Below, piece after piece: positions 18,936 to 29,256 of a stretch of DNA of 64,000 nt (position 1 is the first letter of the stretch; every line of letters begins with the position of its first letter). The DNA is from a virus: positions 32,001 through 96,000 of IMG/VR virus record IMGVR_UViG_3300031972_002122; one strand, written 5' to 3'. The notes beneath the pieces were generated by a model. It saw only the letters and a list, made by a program, of their open reading frames with translations, was not told where the DNA came from and did no database searches. The position numbers and the translations under genes were made by a program.

Positions 18936-20267
18936 ATGGTGAATCTAATAACGTCTAAAAATGCGAATGACGTATTGTCAAACTTATCACGTGAAACTTT
19001 CTGGGTACCTATCCAGTCCGACTGGACGCTACATCATACACAGAACAGAATCAGTTCGATGTATATCTACGACATTCAGACTGAAAATGAGTATATCGTA
19101 GGGTTCCACTCGGTTGATATGGATAATATTGACTTTGATTGGTTTATGGATCGTCTCCCGAATGGTAGACGTTTCTGTTATAGATTGAGATATCTAAAGA
19201 CGGATACACCATTCGAGGACGCCGACATGTTAGTATGGTATAATACTGGAAAGCCAATAGAGCTTGATCAGGACGCGACCATGATATTCAGAAATTATCA
19301 CAGACGTTATAAGGGCATTAAAAATATAAATGATTGTATACCAATCATGAAAATTCTAGAATATTGTCGGAGTGTTAGAAATAAATTCGTATCGTATGGA
19401 TTAGATTACATTCATGTAAACTCTAAGGGCTATTTATTTTATAATGACGTGTACCTAAAATCGTTACACACAATAGAACTTGCTGGTATTTGTGTAGATA
19501 GTGAATTATTCAACGCTAGGTATAACAAAGATACTGATCCAATTGTATACACGGAATACAACCCATACACACTCACTGGTAGACCTAGTTCTAGATTTGG
19601 TGGGATTAATTTCAACTCATTGAATAAGAAGGATGGGTCACGGGCGATGATCGTTAGTAGGTTCGAAGGTGGGAGACTGTTTGAGATTGATTATGATAGC
19701 TATCACGTTAGACTGATCGGGAATATTATAGGTTTTGAACTACCAGACGGAAACTTACACGAACATTTTGCTAGGATATATTTCGGGAGGGATGATATAA
19801 CACCCGAGTTGTATGAAAAAAGTAAAACGATAACATTCCAGCAACTATATGGTAAAGTTAAGCCAGAATACAGTCATATAGAATTTTTTAAACGAATACA
19901 AGAGTTCATAGATAGTCAGTGGAATGATTACGAAACTGTGGGCTATTTTAGTAGTCCATTGTCTGGTCGTAAATTCAGGGAGGGGTGGTTTGATAGTATG
20001 AATAAATCTAAGATGTTCAATTATATCATACAATGTTTCGAGTCTGAGGTTAATGCTGTAGTGCTTAGTGATATTTTACAATATTTATATCAGAGAACCA
20101 GTAAAGTTATTATGTATACGTATGATGCGATAGTAATAGATTACGATCCGTTGGATGGTATTGATGTTATTAGGGGTATTATGAAACGGATGACCAAATT
20201 TGGATATCCAGTACACATACAAGCTGGACTTAATTATAATGATATGATTGATGTTAAAATCGACTAA
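18936..20267 (+). CDS. Atypical family-A DNA polymerase-like protein (polymerase domain only)
   Basis: TLTGRPSS..GINF, motif A DYDSYHVRL, motif B K.ITFQQLYG, FNYIIQ..E, motif C YTYDA. Confidence 0.8.
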   Translation: MVNLITSKNANDVLSNLSRETFWVPIQSDWTLHHTQNRISSMYIYDIQTENEYIVGFHSVDMDNIDFDWFMDRLPNGRRFCYRLRYLKTDTPFEDADMLVWYNTGKPIELDQDATMIFRNYHRRYKGIKNINDCIPIMKILEYCRSVRNKFVSYGLDYIHVNSKGYLFYNDVYLKSLHTIELAGICVDSELFNARYNKDTDPIVYTEYNPYTLTGRPSSRFGGINFNSLNKKDGSRAMIVSRFEGGRLFEIDYDSYHVRLIGNIIGFELPDGNLHEHFARIYFGRDDITPELYEKSKTITFQQLYGKVKPEYSHIEFFKRIQEFIDSQWNDYETVGYFSSPLSGRKFREGWFDSMNKSKMFNYIIQCFESEVNAVVLSDILQYLYQRTSKVIMYTYDAIVIDYDPLDGIDVIRGIMKRMTKFGYPVHIQAGLNYNDMIDVKID

Positions 20268-20280
20268 CTCGGGGCTATGA

Positions 20281-20664
20281 ATGGATTCATTGTTATTGTG
20301 CACGTTTGCACACAATTCGGATATAAAGCTAATAACTGACTACATATACCAGAACTACGAACTCGAGCGTGGGTCTATATTTGTTTTCGAGAACGAAGAC
20401 GATCCCGATGAAATGTTTTGTACTTATAATGTAGTGTCCGTTGACCATTTCATCGAAAATACTATAATGATTCATCGTAAAAAGGAATCTAACACGTTAT
20501 ACACTATAAACGCGTTGAATGAGATTATAAAGTTAGCTAATGGTGGCTACCTAGATAAAAATTTCATCGTAGACTGGACACTATACATCAACTCCATGTT
20601 ACTCTCAACAGACCAGTCAGTACGGGTAGTTCCACTCGTTCTAAAACACATCCTCAGAAAATAA
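20281..20664 (+). CDS. Hypothetical protein between PolA-like gene and SSB
   Basis: 127-aa ORF; LLCTF / HRKKESNTLYTINALN segments. Confidence 0.75.
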   Translation: MDSLLLCTFAHNSDIKLITDYIYQNYELERGSIFVFENEDDPDEMFCTYNVVSVDHFIENTIMIHRKKESNTLYTINALNEIIKLANGGYLDKNFIVDWTLYINSMLLSTDQSVRVVPLVLKHILRK

Positions 20665-20687
20665 TTGTATTTTTTTTACCTTTTTTC

Positions 20688-20720
20688 TTGTTAATTCGGA
20701 ATTATAATTGGATATTGCAG
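20688..20720 (+). promoter_or_regulatory. Putative Bacteroidota-type -33/-7 promoter
   Basis: TTG-N20-GATATTGCAG upstream of SSB; same layout at 61056-61087. Confidence 0.4.
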
Positions 20721-20768
20721 CCAATAACGATATTTTATTTTATTTATTAATTAAAACTTGGAATAATT

Positions 20769-21578
20769 ATGGACATTAGTCTTTTGCAATCAAAGTTAAA
20801 AGAGTTGAAATCTCAGAGCGGTGAGCGGAGAATTCTTTGGAAACCGAAGCCGGGCAAGCAGGTAGTTAGAATCGTACCTTATAAGCACAATCCTAACTGG
20901 CCCTTTGTCGAACTGTATTTTCACTACAACATCGCTAGTAAGACGATGATTTCTCCATCTTCATTTGGGAAACGTGATCCTATTAAGGAATTTTCTGAAA
21001 AATTACAATCGACTGGTGATCGTGACGATTGGAAGCATGGTAAACGAATCGAACCTAAGCGACGTACGTATGTGCCAATATTAGTACGTGGTGAGGAGAG
21101 TGAAGGTGTTAAATTTTGGGGATTTGGAACCCAAATTTATGAACAATTGCTCATGAAAATTGACGACCCAGATTGGGGAGATATTACACACCCAATGGAA
21201 GGTAGAGATATTACTGTGATGTTTGAAAAGGCGTCCGGTCCGAATTCCTACCCAAAAACTACGATCGACGTGAAGCCTAATCAAACGGTTGTTACTGAAA
21301 ATCGTGAAGTTTTAGAGTCTATGAAAGATATGCCAGAACTACCTACACTGTGGGATGAACCTTCATATGAAGAGTTAAAGGCTATCTTAGATGAGTATGT
21401 TGAGACTGGTGAGACTGTTCAGGGAAATACTGGTGCGAGTACGAATGCTGAAACTGACACTGCAACTACTGAAGCGGTAGCTACTGGAACTAAACCAGTG
21501 TCAACTGAAAATTCGACGTCTACCAAATCTGACGTTATGGAAGCGTTTGGTTCTTATTTTGACAAAAAAGGATCGTAA
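20769..21578 (+). CDS. Single-stranded DNA-binding protein (gp32-like)
   Basis: WKP..G...VRIVP, PFVELYFHY, GVKFWGFG..IY, GDIT.P.EGRD, low-complexity tail. Confidence 0.85.
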   Translation: MDISLLQSKLKELKSQSGERRILWKPKPGKQVVRIVPYKHNPNWPFVELYFHYNIASKTMISPSSFGKRDPIKEFSEKLQSTGDRDDWKHGKRIEPKRRTYVPILVRGEESEGVKFWGFGTQIYEQLLMKIDDPDWGDITHPMEGRDITVMFEKASGPNSYPKTTIDVKPNQTVVTENREVLESMKDMPELPTLWDEPSYEELKAILDEYVETGETVQGNTGASTNAETDTATTEAVATGTKPVSTENSTSTKSDVMEAFGSYFDKKGS

Positions 21579-21580
21579 TC

Positions 21581-22765
21581 ATGGCTAGAAAAAAGAAAGC
21601 AACTGGGGTATCGATGGTAGACGTGACCAAGAATGTATCTGCTAGTTTACAGAAGATGTTCAAAAACACGGGCATTAATATTCAGAGTGGTATCACTGCG
21701 GATAGTTCTGCAAATGTAACTACGTGGATACCTACAGGATGTAGACCTTTAGACCTAGCTATTAGTAATTTACCAGACCGCGGGGGTTTTCCTTGCGGTC
21801 GGATTACTATCCTATATGGACCGGAGCAATCAGGTAAGTCATTACTAGCTATGCATGCGATCGCCAATACACAAAAGCTCGGTGGTAAAGCAGTTTACAT
21901 AGACGCCGAGTTTTCAATCCATGAGGAGTTCGCGAAGTCTATAGGAGTAGACCTAACTCAGTTAGATTATCTAGCTGAGAATCAGGCGGAAACGATTATG
22001 GTACTGGTTGAAGGGTATTGTTCAGAATTTAGAAAGAACTTCCCAGATACGCCACTGACGATTGTTGTAGATTCCATCGCTAGTATGGTCACTGAAGACA
22101 ATCTAAAGAATGGTCACAATTCAGTTGGTTATGATACGTCGTTATCTAAACTGTTATCAACTAGCTTGAAAGTGTTGGGTAGAGTTGTATCTGAGCATAA
22201 TGTTGCACTGATATTTACCAATCAGGCTAGGATGAAAATGAATATACAGAATCCTAGAGAGAATCCGTACAAGCCATTTGGCGGTCAGGCAGCACCACAC
22301 TACGCATCGCTGATAATCTTCATGGAGAAATCTTCGAAGATTAAGGGTAAGGTGAAGGGTGAGGAACGGTTGATTGGGAGATCGGCTAGAGTTCGGACTA
22401 TTAAGAATAGGCTAGCACCTCCAGAGGTATCGTTAGTACTCGATATATACTTTGACCGAGGTATCGACGACTTTGAGAGTTGGTACAACATGGTTAAAGC
22501 GTTCGGTAACGTTACGTTTAACGGTGCTTGGATATCTTACACGTCGAAAGACGGTCGTGAATTTAAGGAAAATGGTTGGAATAAGTTTTGTAAAAAAGTT
22601 TTAGAACCAAATCCAGACATAGCTGAAGAAATTTGGTTACATACAGCTAATGAGTTTATCGTCAAGTATAAAAATAGGGACGAGGATACTGAAGGCATGG
22701 AAATTGTTAGGGAGTCTGAATTAGACACACCAGCGAATAAACTGAATAGTGATGGAGGCAAATAG
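21581..22765 (+). CDS. recA: RecA/UvsX-like recombinase
   Basis: PTG..LDLA, Walker A GPEQSGKS, YIDAE, IVVDSIA, IFTNQ.R, GG.A, KNRLAPP. Confidence 0.93.
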   Translation: MARKKKATGVSMVDVTKNVSASLQKMFKNTGINIQSGITADSSANVTTWIPTGCRPLDLAISNLPDRGGFPCGRITILYGPEQSGKSLLAMHAIANTQKLGGKAVYIDAEFSIHEEFAKSIGVDLTQLDYLAENQAETIMVLVEGYCSEFRKNFPDTPLTIVVDSIASMVTEDNLKNGHNSVGYDTSLSKLLSTSLKVLGRVVSEHNVALIFTNQARMKMNIQNPRENPYKPFGGQAAPHYASLIIFMEKSSKIKGKVKGEERLIGRSARVRTIKNRLAPPEVSLVLDIYFDRGIDDFESWYNMVKAFGNVTFNGAWISYTSKDGREFKENGWNKFCKKVLEPNPDIAEEIWLHTANEFIVKYKNRDEDTEGMEIVRESELDTPANKLNSDGGK

Positions 22766-23810
22766 ACTCAAGAATCTTTTTTCTAAATTTAAAGAGGAAC
22801 AAGACGCTATTAAGGACAGAAATAGTCGTGTGTTGATCGTGGATGGTTTGAATATGTTTATTCGATCATTCGCGGCATCACCCGCTATGAATGAGCGTGG
22901 TGAGCACATCGGTGGGACAATTGGGTTTATGAAGTCATTCTTCGCTGTTATTAGACGCTTCCGACCAACACGGTGTGTGTTAGTGTTTGATGGGTTAGAT
23001 GGCGGTGCTAGACGTAGAAAGAAGTTTCCAGAATATAAATCTGGACGTAAAAATCGTGACAGATTGAATAGATTTTTTGAACTTGATGGTCATCTAACCG
23101 AAGGTGACTCATTCCAAATTCAGTTCGGTAATCTAGAACAATTACTGAACACGTTACCAATAACCATGATGTCAATCGATTATATAGAAGCGGATGACGT
23201 TATCGGGTATATATCGAAAGAATATTATAGTTATACAGATGTTGGGGATATTATAATTGTGTCCGCCGACAAGGATTTCTTGCAGTTGGTCGATGAGCGT
23301 GTTACCGTTTACAGCCCAATAAAAAAGAAATTATACGATATTGATCTCGTTAAAAAGGAGTTCAACATATCACCAAACAATTATCTCACTTTTAGGACTT
23401 TAACAGGCGATGTGTCTGATAGCATACCCGGTGTCAAGGGTGTTGGGTTAAAAACCCTACTGAAGTATTTTCCAGAGATTATAGAAGGGGACGTCGATCC
23501 ACGGGGAATAGTTCAGTTAGCTAATCAGAAAATCGAGGAGGGTAGTAAGCGCAAGACCTATCAAAATGTGGTCAATGCGGCAGATCAAATTGATGTGAAC
23601 TGGGACTTGATGCAATTATCAAATGTGGATATCCCAGACGCTAAACGGACTATAATACGTAGTATTATGGATGCGGAGGTTTATAAGTTAGATAAGCTTA
23701 GACTTAAGAAGCTTATTTATAAACATGGTCTCAACGACCACATACCACGATTTGATGAATGGATATACTCATCATTAACACAGTTAGACTTATATGCAGA
23801 ATCTGAGTAG
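22752..23810 (+). CDS. 5'-3' exonuclease / flap endonuclease (T4 RNase H / PolI N-terminal type)
   Basis: LIVDG.N, VFDG, YK.GR, EADDVI, SADKDFLQL, GD.SD.IPGV.GVG.KT. Confidence 0.93.
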   Translation: MEANRLKNLFSKFKEEQDAIKDRNSRVLIVDGLNMFIRSFAASPAMNERGEHIGGTIGFMKSFFAVIRRFRPTRCVLVFDGLDGGARRRKKFPEYKSGRKNRDRLNRFFELDGHLTEGDSFQIQFGNLEQLLNTLPITMMSIDYIEADDVIGYISKEYYSYTDVGDIIIVSADKDFLQLVDERVTVYSPIKKKLYDIDLVKKEFNISPNNYLTFRTLTGDVSDSIPGVKGVGLKTLLKYFPEIIEGDVDPRGIVQLANQKIEEGSKRKTYQNVVNAADQIDVNWDLMQLSNVDIPDAKRTIIRSIMDAEVYKLDKLRLKKLIYKHGLNDHIPRFDEWIYSSLTQLDLYAESE

Positions 23811-25167
23811 ATACGGACATGGTTTTCAAGTAAAGTTATTGGCTTGTTTATTGACTGATGTTCATTTTAGTAGTAGGATTTTTGATATTCTGAGATCGGA
23901 ATATTTCGATTCTGAAGCACTTGCATGGTTATGTGACGTGGTACTTAAGTATTATCAAACATATCACTGTATAGCGACTATGGACGTCCTTAAAGTAGAA
24001 ATTGATAGCATTTCAGATGAAAACTTAAAGGCTGAGGTTGTGAAAGTGCTTCGGGAGTCTTACGGTAGCGTGGAATCTTCCGACTTACAATTTGTGAAGG
24101 AGTCTACAATCGAATTTTGTAGAAATCAGGAATTGCAGTTTGCCATTATGGATTCCGTTGATATGATCAAAACTGGAAATTTTGAAGGTATTAAAAAACG
24201 CGTTGATGAGGCATTAAAAAAGGGTGAAGACACTAACGTTGGGTTGGATTATTTGACGGAGATTGATCTTCGGTATGAAGATATGGCGCGGTCACCTGTT
24301 ACTACTGGTTTTCCTTACGTAGATTTTTTAACTCAAGGCGGATTGTCTGGTGGTGAGCTGGGTATTATTGTCGGTCCGGGTGGGTCGGGGAAGTCTTGGG
24401 TACTGGCTACGATGTGTGCCAATGCAATGATCGCAGGGCATAAAACATTATACATAACGTTGGAACTTGGTGAGGCATACGTAGGCGTCAGGATCGATTG
24501 TATATTAACGAGTATTCCGATGAACGAACTTAAAGAGAATCGGGAGATTATTAAGAATAGACTGAAGCGAGTGACTGGTTCACTTAAAATTCAATGGTAC
24601 CCCACTAGAAATTTATCTACAGTTGGGTTGAGATCATTATTAGATCGGATGTCTTTGCTTGGAGAAATGCCCGAGGTTATCTATCTAGATTATGCGGATT
24701 TGATGCGGCTTAGTAGCTCAAAGTCTAAGCGGAAGGATGAAGAGTTGCAGGAATTGTATGAAGAGATACGTGGTATTGGCGGTGAGTACGACATACCAAT
24801 ATGGTCAGCATCTCAAGCTAATAGATCGAGTCATGCTGATGAGGTTGAGTTTGTGGACGCTGGAATGATATCTGAAAGTATGGGAAAGCACTTCACCGCA
24901 GATTTTATGATGTCTATTTTAAGAAAAGAAAAGGATAAAATGTCGGACACTGCCAAATTTCATATTATAAAAAATAGATTTGGGGAGGATGGTGTGACAT
25001 TACTGTCTAAGATGGATACTCAACATGGCGTACTTGAGATTTATAGACCTAATAGTCAGAAGAGCAGAGACTTAGAGGATAAGATAATTGAGAATGAGAC
25101 TAAGCCAGATATTAAGCTGAAGGGGCATTATGAAAAATTCTTCGGCGATCAGGAGGCTAAAGCATGA
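23794..25167 (+). CDS. dnaB: Replicative DNA helicase (DnaB/gp41-like)
   Basis: Walker A GPGGSGKS, YITLEL, YLDYADL, WSASQANR, KNRFG. Confidence 0.92.
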   Translation: MQNLSRYGHGFQVKLLACLLTDVHFSSRIFDILRSEYFDSEALAWLCDVVLKYYQTYHCIATMDVLKVEIDSISDENLKAEVVKVLRESYGSVESSDLQFVKESTIEFCRNQELQFAIMDSVDMIKTGNFEGIKKRVDEALKKGEDTNVGLDYLTEIDLRYEDMARSPVTTGFPYVDFLTQGGLSGGELGIIVGPGGSGKSWVLATMCANAMIAGHKTLYITLELGEAYVGVRIDCILTSIPMNELKENREIIKNRLKRVTGSLKIQWYPTRNLSTVGLRSLLDRMSLLGEMPEVIYLDYADLMRLSSSKSKRKDEELQELYEEIRGIGGEYDIPIWSASQANRSSHADEVEFVDAGMISESMGKHFTADFMMSILRKEKDKMSDTAKFHIIKNRFGEDGVTLLSKMDTQHGVLEIYRPNSQKSRDLEDKIIENETKPDIKLKGHYEKFFGDQEAKA

Positions 25168-25251
25168 TATAACTTAAACCTATTGTTTGTAACGATGAAA
25201 AAATATATGATTTTTTTTACTCAAAACGGAGGTGAAAGGTGTTACTCGTGC

Positions 25252-25383
25252 ATATTTATTAACGAAACGGAGCAATTTCGCTCTGGAAATTTTAACCATA
25301 GAATATTTGAGGGGGGCTATTAATTGGTGTATTTGTATAGATACGCCCCTAAATACTATTATCTAATTTTAAAGGAGAATTTA
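25252..25383 (+). promoter_or_regulatory. Promoter motif plus structured 5' leader of RNR gene
   Basis: ATATTTATT at 25252; hairpins at 25268-25285 and 25304-25355; AAGGAG RBS before ATG 25384. Confidence 0.4.
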
Positions 25384-27237
25384 ATGAACGTTGGTCAAGA
25401 AATACTATCCGACATCACGGTACACATGAAATATGCTAGGTACGTACCAGAACTGAATAGACGAGAAAACTGGTCTGAACTTATAGATCGAAATGTTGCT
25501 ATGCATAAAGAACGATACCCAAAATTGGTGGACGAGATCGATTCCGCTTACAAATTTGTGAGGGATAAGAAAATTTTACCATCAATGCGTAGTCTTCAAT
25601 TTGCTGGAAAACCCATTGAGATAAGTCCTAATCGTGTTTACAATTGTGCTTATCTACCAATAGACGATTGGCGAGCATTTTCTGAGGTTATGTTTCTATT
25701 ACTCGGTGGGACTGGTGTTGGGTATAGTGTTCAGCAACATCATGTTGACGAATTGCCAGATATTCTTAGACCTAGGGAGGACAGAACTCGGCGATACCTA
25801 ATAGGTGATTCTATTGAAGGATGGGCAGATGCTATTAAGGTTTTGATGAAATCGTATTTTTATGGTGGGTCGAGGTTGAAGTTTGACTTTAGTGATATCC
25901 GACCGAAGGGTGCTAGATTGGTTACTAGTGGTGGTAAAGCACCCGGACCACAACCTCTACGAGAATGCTTAGTAAAAGTCGAGGGGATTTTAAGTTCAAA
26001 ACAAACTGGAGACCGATTAACACCCATCGAGGTTCATGACGTGGTTTGTCATATAGCTGATGCAGTTCTAGCTGGTGGTATTCGGAGAGCTGCATTGATA
26101 TCATTATTTAGTGCGACTGATGAAGAAATGCTTGCAGCTAAGTCTGGGAACTGGTGGGAATTGAATCCACAGCGTGGTAGAGCAAACAACTCCGCAGTAC
26201 TTCTTCGGTATAAAGTTGATAAGGATTTCTTTTTAGAATTGTGGGAGAAGATACAAGCATCGGGTGCTGGTGAGCCGGGCATTTATTTTTCGAATGATAA
26301 AGACTGGGGAACGAATCCATGCTGTGAGATCGCATTACGACCATTTCAATTTTGTAATTTGACTGAAGTTAACGTTAGCGACGTTGAAAGTCAGGAAGAG
26401 TTGAATGCTAGAGTTAGTGCCGCGTCACTGATCGGGACATTACAAGCTGGCTATACAGATTTCCACTATCTCCGACCAGTATGGCGACGTGTTACTGAGA
26501 AGGACGCGTTGGTAGGTGTTAGTATGACTGGAATTGGGTCAAATAAGTTGGTGGAATTAGACTTGAAAGAAGCTGCTAAGATAGTTAAAGACGAAAATAA
26601 ACGAGTCGCATCTCTTATTGGAATAAATACTGCAGCTCGATGTACAACTGTAAAGCCTGCGGGTACTACATCGTTGGTGTTGGGATGTTCGTCGGGTATC
26701 CATGCTTGGCACGATGAATATTATATAAGAAGAATTCGTGTTGGTAAAAATGAAGCAATCTATACATACTTATTAGAGAACCACCCAGAACTTGTTGAGG
26801 ATGAATACTTTAGACCTCATGATACTGCGGTAATATCAGTACCTCAGAAATCTCCAATCGGGTCGATACTTAGGAGTGAATCTCCAATCCAATTGTTGGA
26901 GAGGGTTAAGCGTGTATACGGCGAGTGGGTTAAACCGGGTCATCGACGTGGGAATAACACACACAATATATCCGCGACTGTTAGTATCCGTGAACATGAA
27001 TGGGCTGCGGTAGGTGAGTGGATGTGGGAGAATAGACTGTCTTACAACGGACTTTCAGTACTGCCATACAACGGTGGGACTTACACACAAGCACCATTTG
27101 AGACGTGTGATCAAGAAACGTATGAAACCATGATGCAAACTTTACAAGAAGTGGATTTAAACAATATCATCGAATACGATGACAATACAGACCTTAAGGG
27201 TGAAGTCGCTTGTGCTGGTGGAGCCTGTGAAATTTAA
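25384..27237 (+). CDS. nrdJ: Class II (adenosylcobalamin-dependent) ribonucleotide reductase
   Basis: PSMRSL, YNCA, GTGVG, TNPCCEI, TVKPAGT, C-terminal ACAGGACEI; no small subunit adjacent. Confidence 0.9.
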   Translation: MNVGQEILSDITVHMKYARYVPELNRRENWSELIDRNVAMHKERYPKLVDEIDSAYKFVRDKKILPSMRSLQFAGKPIEISPNRVYNCAYLPIDDWRAFSEVMFLLLGGTGVGYSVQQHHVDELPDILRPREDRTRRYLIGDSIEGWADAIKVLMKSYFYGGSRLKFDFSDIRPKGARLVTSGGKAPGPQPLRECLVKVEGILSSKQTGDRLTPIEVHDVVCHIADAVLAGGIRRAALISLFSATDEEMLAAKSGNWWELNPQRGRANNSAVLLRYKVDKDFFLELWEKIQASGAGEPGIYFSNDKDWGTNPCCEIALRPFQFCNLTEVNVSDVESQEELNARVSAASLIGTLQAGYTDFHYLRPVWRRVTEKDALVGVSMTGIGSNKLVELDLKEAAKIVKDENKRVASLIGINTAARCTTVKPAGTTSLVLGCSSGIHAWHDEYYIRRIRVGKNEAIYTYLLENHPELVEDEYFRPHDTAVISVPQKSPIGSILRSESPIQLLERVKRVYGEWVKPGHRRGNNTHNISATVSIREHEWAAVGEWMWENRLSYNGLSVLPYNGGTYTQAPFETCDQETYETMMQTLQEVDLNNIIEYDDNTDLKGEVACAGGACEI

Positions 27238-27251
27238 TAAAATTAAGAATT

Positions 27252-27641
27252 ATGAATAGTTACAATGTAAAAGTCAATTCAGACACAACGATCAATTTGG
27301 AGTACAACTCTGGTTTAATCTCTTTAGGGATGAAGGAACCAGATAGTGCTCCAAATTATCATCGGGTAAATTTTAAAATAGTATTTTCTGGAACTGAATA
27401 TAATATCGCAGAAGACGTTAAGAGTCTAGATTTAGAATCTTGGATACCTGCCGCATTTGATAATACTCTTATTATAGATTCGACTGATAAGGAATCGATT
27501 CTAGGTGTGCGTGTAATTGTCGCTGAACGTAGAACACTCGTTTATGTTGGTAAGCTTTTGATGAGTATGTTGCAGGCTAAGCTGGACGTAGTGGGTAATG
27601 CGACTACTATCGACAGTGTGACGTTTGTTGAATTAAATTAA
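27252..27641 (+). CDS. Hypothetical protein (faint QueD/T-fold resemblance)
   Basis: 129-aa ORF; W....FDNTLII..D segment recalls phage QueD FDHTxL, but His metal ligands are absent. Confidence 0.6.
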   Translation: MNSYNVKVNSDTTINLEYNSGLISLGMKEPDSAPNYHRVNFKIVFSGTEYNIAEDVKSLDLESWIPAAFDNTLIIDSTDKESILGVRVIVAERRTLVYVGKLLMSMLQAKLDVVGNATTIDSVTFVELN

Positions 27642-27648
27642 AGGAATT

Positions 27649-29256
27649 ATGGGTAAGTTTAAAAAGTTATCAGATGAAGATATTGAATATATCAAAGCCA
27701 TCTATTTTACTAATATATCACATCAGGAAAAGTTAGATATACTAACTGCTAAACACGGTGTTGTTGGTCGGACAGTTCGTCAATGGTGGATTAAATTAGA
27801 ACTGACTGAGGCTGGTCGTATTAGAAAACTGCCAAAGGTTTTACGTGATGCTCGGGAGAAAGAGATTGATGTTGAAACTGAAATCATTATGGTTACTGCA
27901 GCTCAAAATAAGACTATCGCTAACAGACCTATGTATGAAAATATGCAGGCTTATGGAAAGTTTATGGAGAGTGAATTTGGGAAGAAATCTCAAATCGTAA
28001 TAATACCATCTAGGTATAGAAATCCAACATCTCCAGTGGAAGCTGAAAAGAAGAAGGTAGATATGTGGTGGGACTCTTCAGTTGTACCTGATATATACTA
28101 TAATAAGCTTTTATTTGGTGACGTGATGATATCAGCCACTAGTAGGATCAGACCTACTGCTAACATGCCACTTAGTGGTTATGAAAGTTTAGCTTCAGAT
28201 AATCATTTAATAATTGGACACCCACGTTTACATTTAAAGGTTATGCCTAGATTTCGGAATGACGATCTACGTATAATGTGTACTAGTGGCTACGTCACTC
28301 GAAAAAATTATTCGGATTCTAAGGCTGGTGATAAAGGATTTGTACACCATTCATATGGTTTTGTTGTAATTGAGAAAAAACCTGATGGTACATGTTACCC
28401 ACCACGTATTGTTAAAGTTAAAGACGACGGATCATTTATAGACTACAAATACAGTGTTAGTGATGGTGATGTGGCTGTTATTGACGAGGCGGCTGCTTAT
28501 GTTTGGGGTGATATTCACCACCGAGAACTCAATAAGCATAAATACAAGGCTTCCATGAAATTAACTAAGGAGTTAAATCCTGAAAAGACTGTATTTCATG
28601 ATCTTTTTGATGGGTCGACGGTGAATCCTCACGAAAAGGATGATTTGTTCATTCGGAAGCTCAAAATTACTCAAGGGCTACATATAGTTGATGAAGAGGT
28701 GGAGGAAAGTCTTAAATTTCTGAAGAAATTCTCTAAGAAATACAAGGGAGACATATACGTGGTTCAAAGTAACCACGACGACTTCCTAGATAGGTATATT
28801 AATAAGCAAAACTGGAAAAATGATCTACATAACTCAGGGGCTTATCTTAAATATGCAGCTATACAACAGTCAACTGATCTTAGGGAATATGGAAACATTT
28901 ACGGAGCCATTATTTCTGAAAGATTCAAGGGTAAAATAGTATATGTGCGTAATAACGAGTCACTTAAAGTGCAATCGTACCAGTGTGGGTATCACGGTGA
29001 TCACGGTGTAAATGGTGCGCGGGGAAGTATAACTTCATTTAAGCGACTAAACACTAAAATGATTCATGGTCATGGTCACACACCAATTATGATGGATGGG
29101 GTTACTATGGTCGGTGTTTCGTGTAACCTTTGGCAGTATTACAATTCTAAGGGGCTGTCTAGTTGGGCGTATGCTGATTCTATAATTCATAAGAACGGTA
29201 AAAACCAATTAATAATATTTGATGATAAAACTTTTGAGTTTACAAATTTGAGGTAA
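27649..29256 (+). CDS. Calcineurin-like metallophosphoesterase/nuclease with N-terminal HTH-like region (T5 A1-like)
   Basis: GDIH, HDLFDG, SNHD, HGDHG.NG.RG, GHGHTP metal-binding motifs. Confidence 0.75.
   Translation: MGKFKKLSDEDIEYIKAIYFTNISHQEKLDILTAKHGVVGRTVRQWWIKLELTEAGRIRKLPKVLRDAREKEIDVETEIIMVTAAQNKTIANRPMYENMQAYGKFMESEFGKKSQIVIIPSRYRNPTSPVEAEKKKVDMWWDSSVVPDIYYNKLLFGDVMISATSRIRPTANMPLSGYESLASDNHLIIGHPRLHLKVMPRFRNDDLRIMCTSGYVTRKNYSDSKAGDKGFVHHSYGFVVIEKKPDGTCYPPRIVKVKDDGSFIDYKYSVSDGDVAVIDEAAAYVWGDIHHRELNKHKYKASMKLTKELNPEKTVFHDLFDGSTVNPHEKDDLFIRKLKITQGLHIVDEEVEESLKFLKKFSKKYKGDIYVVQSNHDDFLDRYINKQNWKNDLHNSGAYLKYAAIQQSTDLREYGNIYGAIISERFKGKIVYVRNNESLKVQSYQCGYHGDHGVNGARGSITSFKRLNTKMIHGHGHTPIMMDGVTMVGVSCNLWQYYNSKGLSSWAYADSIIHKNGKNQLIIFDDKTFEFTNLR

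Noticed and set aside
25168-25383. Cobalamin riboswitch before nrdJ
   Set aside because: Could not find the conserved B12-box/GGGAA core; kept only as an unnamed structured leader
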